Shown piece by piece: positions 39,733-52,150 of a DNA stretch of 64,000 nucleotides. This stretch comes from Lingula anatina (taxonomy: Eukaryota; Animalia; Brachiopoda). The notes under the pieces were generated by a model, which ran no database searches, had not been told where the DNA came from, and worked only from the letters and a program-made list of their open reading frames with translations. The stretch lies in the NCBI GenBank assembly GCA_051362555.1, contig CM120641.1, forward strand, positions 31,936,401 to 32,000,400, written 5' to 3'. Each line of letters starts with the position of its first letter. Within the stretch, counting starts at the first letter, position 1. Position numbers and translations under genes: made by a program.

Positions 39733-42700
39733 TCTCCCTTGCCAATTAAATACGTGCCAAAACCGCGTTAAAATTATAGTTAGAGGTGCATTACGCATAA
39801 TCATTTAAAATTCCTAAAACCTCATATGAGCCAAAACGTTCATTAGCTTGGTACTTGGATCATAAGCTGTGTAGTTGGATCATGTATTTCATTTTTTAGT
39901 ATCATATATTTCTTTAAAGTATCATCTAACAAAACTTATCATTATCCAACTCACGACAAGCGCATTTTACGCACAGAATAAAAATTGTAGAAGTTAAGCT
40001 TTTACGTTTAAGAAAACCTACATGACATTTGTTAGGGATTTGCCACAGTTCACCATTATTGATTTGATTCTATACATTCGTTACAGGGCCATGAAACGTC
40101 TCGTATCATGCCTCAGTTCCTCACATAAGTCTGTTTATTGTAGCGTTCATTGCCATTGTTTCAATACCGCAGGGCCATTAAAAATGACACACGTCGTCGA
40201 CCTCAATGTCCTAGTAATAGACTAGCGGCAACAGCAACGTTCCGCCTCATTGGATTTTCACCTGCAAAAAGAAGTCCGTTTCATTGTGCGAGGTTATGAA
40301 ACGTGGAAACTGACAAGCGCCATTAGCACTACGCTGTCGTCTGCTGCACGAAGTTCGTGGTCTGCTTTCAATTTGCGCGTTTAATGTTTTCCAATCACCT
40401 GCGAACCGTGGAACACATATTCTTTGTGATACATCCATGGAATAAGCCACGCAAGCAGACTAACTGAGACTAACTGAGCTGCCTAGATTAAAGACCCATT
40501 AAGCTTTAATTAGTTGAGAGCCAATATGTCTCATGAACAACAAAACGAGAGGAAAAAATGGCTCCTTGGAAAAAGAGTGTCTACAACTCACGAAAGCAAT
40601 TATTCAGCGACGTCTGTAAACCTAAAGATGTGGTATCAAGCAATAATGTCGATAATATTCATAAAAAGACATATTTGATGAGATTAGTCCTACAAATGCT
40701 GACCTAAGAGAGCTTTTCCATCTTTACCACAGAGCACCGGTTGCTTACAATGGCGGCGCCATAATCATTACAAGAATTGACATAGGTGCATCACATTTTA
40801 GTGATTTAATCCATGCTTTCGATATTCCTGAATACTCCTTAATAATACTCTGAATTTTCCTGAATACCCAATGTCAACTCAACATTTCAATTTACTCATG
40901 ATCCATTCAATTTTAAAGATCGAATATATATATATATATTTTCACAGTACAAAAAATTCCACATAATTACCCAGAGATACATCTGTGAATATTCAGTGAA
41001 AAATCTATTTGTGGCTCTGGTAGAGGTTAGAAAATAACGACCAAAATGGGACTTGCGATCTTTATATATGCTATTAAATGGCGTCAAAAGTTTTTCAACC
41101 AAAACGTGTGCAGTTGCAGTTGTCCACGTTGCCACTTAACAAAGCCACCTCCCGCCCCGGTAGCAAATGCATCACAATTTCATACCATTACGACGATGAT
41201 AAATTTCTGGTGATAAATTAACCATTACATTTTTATCAAATTTACTTTGAGGGTTCGAGGGTCTCGCTAAACGCCTAGTCATTCATTTCCAAAATAGGAA
41301 AAATGGAACCTGAACTCACCAGAGAAGAGCTCGGGCATTAGTTAATTATTTTAAAGGGTCTAATTCTGCGTTCTGGTAGCTCATCCTGCTTTTCTTTCGT
41401 TCATCGATATAAGTACAATCGTCTGGCAATTCATTTTTGGATATGATCATGAGAAAGCCTTAGTCTTCCTATAACTGTACCGGTAGCGACTGTTGACCCA
41501 CGTTGTAACCCATGGTGCAGCAAGATCTTTAGACAGGTCGAATTGTCCATGTCTTGTAGGTAAAATAAGAGTCCTGATATCTCTGATTGTTGTTGCCGTT
41601 TTCTTTTAGCAGCCACTGGGAGCCCTTACCAAGGGATTGCGGCTTGACAGAAAATCTTTTATTTGTTTACTAATTTTTTTTAGAAAAGGGTTTTCGACAT
41701 AGACGATACGGTGAAGCAGTTCTGTTTCTGGCCCACGTCCTCTTTTTATTAAAAAGCTTTCATAACTTCAATAAAATCTGGTATTTGAATTGTTTCTAAG
41801 CCCTTTGCATCATTCTTTTAAGTTTGAGCATAATAAGTAGCATGTTGTAGGTGTTTACGAAGAAAAATCCCAGGAAAATGCACGGGACACCAACGGCGAC
41901 ATAGTCCTAATATGAACGTAACTTAATCGACGCAACAAAATTTGATGATGTTATCATAATTAAACGTACATGACTCATAAGACAAATCAAAACTTCCGAG
42001 CCTTCTTCACAAATCACTACAAAACCGCACAAAAATAATATTCCAAGTTGTCACTTTTAAATCAAGCTCTCTGTCATAATATATCTCTAACAGATCTTGT
42101 TTAGATAATTTTTCTTTTGTTTGAATTGTGACCAACAGAATTTTATGACAGCTGTTTCCTATACATTATTCATATTAAGAATCTCGCCCATATCACTTTG
42201 CTACATGTATATATACATTTTTATTGGTACTAAAGCTAATAAATTGTGATAACAAAATGAAAATTAAATGAAAAGAAATATGTAATTATAACGTTTTTAT
42301 TCCCCCAATAAATGCTCAAAGACATGTAAGAACCAGCTTCATGACTTAAGATGCTACTATTGGGATGTCACTCCCTTCACCTTAAGTAATTCTTTGACTT
42401 CGTTAATCATAATTCATATGAAAAAATAACAACGAAGAGTCAATCAAGGAGAAAAACTAAACACAACTGGTGTCTGTTAATAATAAACAAGCAAAAAAAA
42501 AAAATCAGGACAGACCACCCCGAATTAAGAAAACAATTCTGAACATCCAACACCCTCCTGTCAGCGTTCATTCTCAGTGAAATGCTTTGAAGTTTTTAAA
42601 ATCATAAAACATTTTTTTGAATTAAAGTCGGATATAGCAAGAAATTTATCGCCATCTCTGCGGGTGGTCTGAACTGGCCTGCGGTATTTTTATTCCTAGT

Positions 42701-45700
42701 CGTTAGTAATTAGTAACTGAACAATTTGCAAAGAAACTTCAAAAGTTGAAATTCTTTGATGTATACATTGTATAAAAGACATTTGCTCTTGGCAGTTTCT
42801 ATTAGCGAAGCCGCTTCTACCTTCTGAGTTTTACTAGTCTCCTGAAAACGTCTTAACTAAGAAAAATACTAAGCCAGTTTAATTGGCTGTATATTAGTGA
42901 CCGATTAACTACAACATACAACATTACAAACTTCTCTATTCAGAAAGTTGACAACATGATTGCGGAAATAGGTCAATTTTGGGCTGCCCTTTTTTGCTTA
43001 GGCGTGCCAACACTTTAAATGTTAATCTTTAAAACGTGCGTCTATTATATTAAACAATATAATAACCCTTTAAATCATAAGTTAATCAATTGTACAAATA
43101 AATAAAAACCCGTACGTATGAGTACATAAAACTTGCATGCTGGGTTTTAATGCCCTTCCTGTCCAATGACATGTCACAAATAAACTCATCCGTCATGAAC
43201 GATCACCATGACCCAAGGCAGGGTTAACATAGAGGAAGGTGGAGAACAAGACGTTCTTATTGTGCCGCGAGCGGTAGAGCAACTGAAGATGAACAATCTG
43301 GTGTGACAGGAACCGTGGTTTGTTCCCCGTCCGTCCCATATACAAACCCCAATACCTCGGATATTCCTTACCTGTACAAATTGCACGAGACCCTGGGCTT
43401 TCATTCCTAGGACTCCTATTACTGTCACGCCGGCCACAGAAGCTTCGTTCTACTTCGTGACTGACAATTATGGACGCTTTCATTTCAGACATAGTTATTG
43501 GTCGGTCAACATAGTTCAGTGAACTTACTATCTCGTCCATGCTGCCTACCTGACACCTCGGCGAGTTGAGGTCACTGGGTGCATGTCAACAATTCTATCT
43601 AAGCTTTCTAAAACTTAAATTCTAACTTTTTACATAACATAATCAGTGATTTTATGTGTTTCCAATCGTAGCCCCTTAAATTTTAATATATATCATCTTA
43701 TAAGACCTTTGTCCGATATAGCCTGGAAAAAAATTGGAGGGGGGGGGGGGAGCAAGCTTGGATAGAAATTTCATTTAATTTGGTTTGAGATACCTTTACT
43801 CATTATGTAATTTGAAAATTACCCTCGGATCGCCTCAATCAAAGCATCCAAAGATGCATCTAGGTGTTACTTTATTTTTTTACTAACGGAGGATAAAAGT
43901 TGTGCCGTGCTTTATTTCGTCAGGTATTTGCATGGTATACTATATTTTCAGCACCAGTCCCCGTGTGTACAGGCAAGATGCGGCAGTATATGTCACTGGT
44001 AATTTTTTTCAGTATCGCAATCACACTGAGTTCATATGCGCATCAAAGTTTACACAACTTTTCTCATTCCACAATTTGCACGTATCGGCCCCAATATCTT
44101 AGGCATTAAGCATATTTTGACATTTATAAATCCCTTCCAGGGAAGTATAACGCAGTTCAAATTGCGCCACCCAGTTGGAGGACGAAGTCTGAGCCAGACA
44201 GACGACAGTTATGGTCGCATCTCCTCCCAATCCTTTGGCAATTCAGGTCACCCTTATGAGGTCAGACGCCGCTTTTCCTTAGGGTAATAATATTTTTTTC
44301 TATTTTGAGGCCTGGTCACAATCAGCCTGTACCAACAGTGTACCAACAGTGGACAAAATGGTAATTGCTCAATCCCTTTTTGTCCCCAGTCAAATTGCAG
44401 CTTTACATTAACAGGCAAATCTTCCCGACAAAGATTGCTGTGTCATGTTTTTTTTTACTTTAAGACATATCGGTGTGGTATTTCTTATCTACATGAAATA
44501 ATCTACAAAAGAAATAGTAACATATTGATAATACATGTATAAATAATTTATTCAGTTCTCTTTTGTTCAAACCTGATATCAATACAACAAAAGTATTTTA
44601 GATTAATAGAATAAGGGAATATCCAGGATCAACACACAATTTCAGTGAATACCTTCCATTTCTGGTTTCTGGTTACACATATATAAAGGGTCCATCATTT
44701 TTAATTTTAAAAGCTTCTTGTTTACTTTGATTGAGTCGTAGTAATAACTTTAAAGTAGTCCAAATTTGCTTTTGTAATAAAGGTTTTCAATGTCACACAT
44801 TTTCCAAGCTTCTGGATCATTTTCCAAGCTTCTGTTTTAAAATCAAATATTTTGATTGATTTATTATCACTGTTTAAAACAATCTTGCACTTTTTATAAC
44901 TTCTCACTTTTCATAAGTGTTACCACGGACTGTACACGGATGGAAAATGAGATTTTTATTCGACAAAATGAACACATTTCTACTTGTCTAAATGTCTACG
45001 TATGAGATGAGCATCCTAAAGGGGATCAGCTTTACGCACGGGGACGCATTTCAGCACAGTTGTCATTTCAATGATGACTTCTATTTCCTGTAATTTCACC
45101 AAGCATTGCGCATGCAACCTGAGTTTCGGGGTTTAGAATTAACTGCTGAGGCCTTATATATTCATATTCAGTAGATATACATTTTTCTGTCTTTCTATAT
45201 TTTAGCTTGTTTTTTGGTTTATCTCGAATGATAAAAAGATTTTATGCATAAATTCATATTCATCAGAGACGATAAAGTGTTGTGCCTATCTATACGTCCG
45301 ATTTTTTTTTCTTTTTCACGAAAAAGAATTTCTTCATATATTAAAAGAGCAAAGACACGGGCCACCCCGCATAAATTTTACTGTCCAAACGAAAAATCCT
45401 TTCGACATCATATCAATACAGTGTTTCCCTCAAGACTCACTTGCACATGGCTCGTCGGGATCTATTTAAATTCAAGTAAGCATTTGGCATCACCCACACG
45501 AAGTCTACTAGGCACATTAAAATTGTGCTCAGTAAATAGCAATGATATCAAAATAGCTGTATCTGCAATAAGAGTAACTTCTGAATTTGTTAATGAATTT
45601 TATTTCCGGAGAACTCCAGACAAGAAAACATCAACATGAATGCTCAGATGACACCAGACAAAAATACACCCACACAGGAGTAATGACTTTTTTTTGTAAG

Positions 45701-45972
45701 CACAATTAAACATAAAAGAAAATTAGGAAGAGTGCGTTTTTATTCCATGCTGCTTACGTAGAAAACAGTCAAAACAAATGTTGAGAGTAAAATCCAATAA
45801 CCTTCTCTCAAAACAGAGAAAGCCACAAAGGACTAAGAAAAATATATTTCACATACAGTCCCTGAAACGATAAATTTCAAAGTGGCTTGCCCTTACGACA
45901 TCTCTTCCGGTCCGTTATAGGTAAAAATGACACATAGACGCCAGCCAGAGCCCATTGCCTTACGATATTGCA

Positions 45973-46134
45973 CAGGCCCGTAGCCAGGGGGGTTCGGGAG
46001 GTTCGAAAGAACCGCCCCTTTTGCTGGGAAAAGGTATTCTCTGATCTTCGGTACATGAAGTTTTTGTGGTAAAAGGTCCACTTTTTTCAGAAAAAGAACC
46101 ACCACCCCCTTTGGAATTGCTGGCTACGAGCTTG
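45973..46134. mobile_element. Small MITE (~160 bp)
   Basis: CAGGCCCGTAGCCAG / CTGGCTACGAGCTTG terminal inverted repeats; ggttcg / gaacc interior. Confidence 0.75.
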
Positions 46135-48599
46135 TTGTAACTTATTCGAGTGGGGTTCACTCTGAGACAGATGCTGCTCCTTGGTGCTCCAGGGTAAATA
46201 CTTAGTGGTTTCACTCCTGCTATTATGGTTGCGTGTGCAGGGCCATCAAGGCGGTCCATCGAGCCCCGTCTCCACCCGTCGGACTATAGCCAGGTCGCCC
46301 AAAGAACTGTGGAGCCAAATTATTGGATTAATGACGCCCTTGTTAACTCACGGTTTCACCGGTCCAGCGGTGTCCTAAGTGACCCCTAGATACGTCACCA
46401 GTTGTTGCTAGGTAATCTGCAAGAGCTAGTGCTTTGCATAAGACGGTGCGGAGTTGCATGGTTATTTTGTAATTTCAAAATGCCATTTCGATGATAAAAT
46501 GTCAAAATATAAAAACTGCTGTATTGCCTTCTTAACTTATGCCTTGAGATGGGGGTACACCCTATATACCGAAGGTTTATTGTTCCGAGGATCCGATATT
46601 CCGAAGATTTAAAACCAATAAGCGAATTGCATAAAGCGGCAGTTTATATATTCTTCAGCTTCTTTTCGCCGCTATTTATCTTTAACAAAATGTTTTACAG
46701 GAATTATACATTTAATATGTTTACGCGTTAAGCTGGTTATAAAAAAAAAGTTTCCTAGACATTTGACCCTACATTTTCCTAGAAACGTCATTGAAAACAC
46801 TTTGACATTTGGAAGTAGGAGTCGTATTTCCGTGAAAATTGCTGAAGAAGAAGATAGTTTTGTAAGAACCCAGTTTAGTGACACTAGCCTAGGATTCGGT
46901 TGTAAGGAAAACGTGACAATTCTTCTATCAGATGGAATACAAGTCCCGTCTTTAAGGAGGGCGACTAGACAAGACTTTTGTGATATCACTTTAGCGGATC
47001 ATTATCCTTGGCTTCTACAGAACAAGTGCTTTTAAAGGTCGAGGTGAAGACATTATTTCCCGTCACGTTTCATACACTTGTAGTTATTCCTTCATGCAAG
47101 GCTGGTTTTTATGATTTTGATGTCTTCGTTTTGGGATAAGATTATTTCTTACTTAATTTAGACACCCTTTGTTAAGATCCCAAGCGTCTTCATAAAATGC
47201 CATTACTTTAAAACATATTCTGTGTCTGATATGTCAGCAGTTCATGCCAAATTTCCTCGTCTTTGCAGAAACGAAATGATGCATATCATGCGTGTGGGGC
47301 TGTCTGCATTCAGTTACGGTGAGCAGGCAACATTGTGAAGCAACATTTTGTGTGGTGTATCACGTTTAATAAACTATTAATCATATATCCTTCCTTTACT
47401 TGGTTATATAAAAATATTTTTTATTAAATGATTAATAAAACAGCCACAATAAAGAAGCAATGAACACCTATTGCAATAAAACAATAATGATAACTAGACA
47501 GCAAGACTGGCAAATATACAGACACTTAGCAAATAGTGTCTATAAATCACAAAGTTGGAAAAATATTACTATTAGTTATCTTATATATGTAAAAAAGCAA
47601 ACCACATTAACTAAGACTAGTAAAAAGAGCAATAATTTGTATTGTGCATTTCTACACGTGAACTCCTTGGAGGAGGATTCCTCCGTGAAACTGCCAAGAA
47701 GCGCTTGTGTGTGTCAGTGAATAGTGAGTGTTCTTATAGAGACCGTCTCTTTCTTTCCATTTTGACTACTACACCCAAGCGATAGCCGAAACCCCAGTTC
47801 TTACGACACAATTTTCTATCCAAAACGTTCCTTTAAAGGTGACGGACAACATAACTCCAAGCAGCTCCCTCTATCTAATTTCAGGAATCGCTTCTGGCTT
47901 ACTCATTTAGATGACTTATTATTATCCATTCTGCGAAGGGTCAAATATTAAATAATACCTATTACCCATAATATTTTGTGCAAGCTTCTAATCATTTCTG
48001 GCAGTACAATGTATAAGACCTAAATCGGTTCTAACAAAGAAATAAAGTGACAAAATTGAAACAGGTTAAAAACGAGCATGAAAAATCATCTTGACATTCC
48101 ATATGAAGCTGTCAATATTTCAAACAATACAAAACACGCTTGCAGAATAAATGAGGTGTCGAAATCATTACTTCACAAATATGTTCAAAGATAGCAAGAT
48201 TAATCTACTTACCAGAAAAGTCCTATACTGTACACCAGACGCGTAAAAAAAGACTGTCCCAAAACTGAGAACTGTCAAATCTTCAAGACATTCATATCCT
48301 GAGCGGTGAATACGTCTAAAAATTTTAGCATGATTATTTTATAGGATTTTAATGAGTTTTAAAGATTCCCAATGTACCAAATATCATTTGAACTCACTTA
48401 AACACTTAAATAACTTTTCAAGTAACTTTATTCAATACATTTTACAATTGTATGATCTTATATTTCGTTGTACAACTATTTTTAGTTACAAATAATTGCC
48501 ATGATCATTATTAAAACAAAATGATACAATCTTAAAATGTAAAAACCCCTTATATAGTTCAGTATAGTTTATTGGATTTTAAAAATGTTGGACAACAGA

Positions 48600-49095
48600 A
48601 TTTTGAAATACCACAAAATGTGAAAATTAACACATAATGTTAACTTTTGAAGTCAGACTGTCTTTTCACCAAACAAGATTTTCTAGCATATACAAAATAA
48701 AATAAAAAAAAAACATGGTTTGACACTTATGTTGCGAATGTCGCAAAGAAAGAAAAAAAAACAATAACTTTTGTTAAGATAATCGGATCAAGCTGATTTT
48801 CAACTTCAGAGTGCCTTTTTATCAAATGACTTTCTTTAGTATATTTTGAGCAAAAGAAAAATTACGGTTTGCCATACAAGGGCGAACGTCGTAAAAATAC
48901 ATTCAAAAATTCAGTAACTTTTGTAAAATAAAATCCCATCATGGTTATCTTCAAACCCTGTATATAGACAAAACGAAGTCGTTCTTTAAATCTACACTTA
49001 AGCAAAAATATTATTTGGCAGTTATGTTGGGGTGAACAAATATGCAGTGTGGCGACGGCGACGGCATAAGCAGGCACAGATAATCACAATGTATC
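48600..49095 (+). repeat. Interspersed repeat copy (family shared with 60930-61215)
   Basis: Colinear blocks aacttttgt, gatca.gctgatt, caaaaatat..tttggcagtta and ggcgacggcgacgg found in both places; boundaries approximate. Confidence 0.55.
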
Positions 49096-49631
49096 ATTAC
49101 CAGACGCTTCTAATGTCTGTTCATAAAAATGAAAGAAAATCTTCACAAGCCCTGCTTTAATTAGAATACTAATCAGTGGCGCAAAAAAATCACTTAACTT
49201 TCCAGTTAAACGGAGTGAGTAAAAAAACTTCAACGAGAGACGTTTTTAAGGAATGAAATAAACTCGCCTGTTCGTCTATTCTCAGTCCCGTCAACAAGGA
49301 ACTGGTGGATAAGATAGTGTGTCTGTAGACAGAATAATACAATTTTCATGGGGATTGTCTCCTCGCCACAGCGTCTCTGGCGTGGATGTCAGGGCCTGGA
49401 CAGCAGCAGAGAGCGACTGCGTGCTGTAGAGTAACTTAATAACGACTGTAACCAGGGAAAAGAAGATTTCATTGCGCTGGAGATATGTTGATTTCTGAAG
49501 CCGTTAGATGAAAGTAGTTTTGATGGTTAGAAGATTGGTTTTAAATCCACTTGGCTGGCTTGACCCAGACGTGTGTAAATCAATTTGCACTGCTGACGAC
49601 TGAAGGCCATTACTTAATCCCCTTTAACGGA

Positions 49632-49662
<31 letters not shown>

Positions 49663-50491
49663 GGTGAGTGATGGTGAGAGAGAAAAAGAGAGAAAAGTAA
49701 ATACGCCGTACTCTCTTTAATCATGTGTGAACTGTAAACAGAAAGAAAGATAGTATACACAAGAAGTTGTATAAAATATGCATGAATCAAACCTGATGGA
49801 CTTCACATAGAATCATTTTTCATCTTACGTGATGATTCATTAAGTGCTGCAAACTTGGATTCATAACTCTTGCATTACCAATGCCTGCTACTTTTTTGCA
49901 CTTTTTTTAATGGTGTTTGTTCAATAAAATGTGTAAAATTAAGATCAAAGACCTTTGCGTAGTATTCATCAACAGATCTTTTAATATGAATCTTGTGAAG
50001 CAGAGTCTGTTCTCTTAATGTGTCGGTCAACGTAATTAAGTTGTGAACTCTTAACTTTCATAGATTCATTGTAAAAATCCATGCAACAGCGTTTTCGTCG
50101 CGAACTTTTTTCATGCCCATCTTTATTTTATTAAAAGCAGCATTGAGCATTCAATGGCTACCTTATGAAATACAAGATAGATAGATGGAAAAATAGATAG
50201 ATTTATAAATGAATGACGGATTAGCATAAATAGACAATAAATGGGAAAATATACAATAAGCAGATAAAGAAATAAATAGAGAAACCGGGGAACAAGAGAA
50301 AGAAAAACCAAACGAGAAGTTTGCATTTCATTGTATATGATAGTACAATCTTGACTAGCGTTGTTTATGATTGCTTATTAAGTAAACTCTGGATAAGAAA
50401 GAGCCTAGCCAGGCACAATGCAAGATACAGATTGGTTTATTCCAGGGCCTAGGAGAAGAGCAACTGAGACGCAGTAATATCTCGCTTGATT

Positions 50492-50503
50492 TGACACCTG
50501 TCA
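50492..50503. promoter_or_regulatory. TALE homeodomain (Meis/Pknox/TGIF) dimer motif
   Basis: TGACACCTGTCA is the reverse complement of TGACAGGTGTCA; function unproven. Confidence 0.35.
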
Positions 50504-52057
50504 GTCAAGTGCTATTACAAAGAAAAACGTCACAATATGCGGGCATGTATTGGAAACAATATTGTCACACTGGTAATCGTCAATATCAGAGATGGAAAAC
50601 GTAATGGCTAACATTCTAGTCGCTGCTCAACAAGCCAATAATGAATTTAATTGAGGCGAGATACTAATCTGTGATCTACAAATGGTTCAACTAACTAACT
50701 AACTAACTATCAATTTGAGGGGCGACAGTCTCGCAGAATATACAGAACAATGTGAGGAAGGGGCCTGAAAAAGGCGATCTTATCTTTGATACGTGCCATG
50801 AAATATCTATCTCGTCAGGCATAGTCACAAGCGCCGATCCAGACGAAATCAAATTAGCTTAAGAGAGACAGAGAAAAAGAGAGAAGGGATTAAAAGAGTG
50901 CAGACTTCGGTCAAAAATAGTAGCAATTACTCTAAAGACAACAGAAAAATATGTAATATTAGGAATTCAGTTGAAAGCATACCCTAATTTTTTTTTCAAA
51001 ATTTGTAAAGAGCTCTTTGAGCTACCTTGTCCAGTCATAAAAACACAAAGCGACGCTGATCTCGTTGCCGGAGATAAAAAAAACTAATCAGGATACCAAC
51101 GGGCACCCGTACAAGAAAAAGTTAAAGTACGTGCCCATTTTCGTTGTTTCCATCAAAACAGTTAAACGTTTTATCAAATAGGCAATATAAATTGATTAAA
51201 AACAATGGGAAGTTGGGTTATATGTAAATTACCACAGTTTTTAAAAAGGCAATCTAAATTATTACTAAGAACAATCATACATATTAAGTGTTCTGTGACA
51301 AATATCCCGGCGAAATGTGATACTTGTTCATGTTAAAGATGGCCATGTCAAGCCTCTTGTCCTGAAGATCTGTGCTCTGTATCTCTGTCTTCGCCTCACA
51401 CAGGTCAGACATCATAACAACATTGAGTGATCTCTTCATCACCGTGTCACGGTCTCCGTGCACCGACGTCGTCTGTCTCGGGTCGCACTTGACAAACTGT
51501 TTTTAAAAGAACAGCAGTGAGACCTGGGGACAAAGAGAACATGATTGTCCCGGCGTCACCAGCGCGGAGACAGTAGCGCCCTGTGTAGTATTGTTAGTGT
51601 GGTCGAGAGGGAGGAGCGGAGGTGTGTCTACAGTCTCGACGGCGCACCATAGAAATTTATGTTCAGTGATTACAGTCTTTGGTGAGAGACATCAGTATCG
51701 GTGCTGTGCCTTAATACCCCCCCCCCCCCCTTTCTCTTCTTACCTCCCTTCGCCGTTCTCTCTCTCCCTCTCTTTCAACAATACTTTGTAATAATACGGA
51801 GACCTACAACAGAATAGCAAAATCGAAGTGAACGCTAGTGTGACATTTAACAACTGACAGACCTGACAATGACACTTTCATCAATAAACTGTGAGTATCA
51901 ATATGATCAGTGCCAGTCCTGGGGAGTGAGTGGACTGGGCATGCGTCATTATATTAAATAATGTCATTAGATAAATTTTTATTTGTATTATCCCATGCGC
52001 TAAAACTGAAATCGACAAGATAATTACAAAAAATGCTCTTATGTTCATACACACACA

Positions 52058-52060
<3 letters not shown>

Positions 52061-52136
<76 letters not shown>

Positions 52137-52150
52137 CACACACACACACA
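52061..52150. repeat. (CT)n(CA)n compound microsatellite
   Basis: Direct reading; it generates the spurious CV/RE-repeat ORFs. Confidence 0.95.

Noticed and set aside
41380-41830. Possible decayed coding fragment on the minus strand
   Set aside because: Multiple stops and no family recognisable by eye.
46672-47035. Overlapping 90- and 105-aa ORFs
   Set aside because: No recognisable motif, splice context or partner exons.
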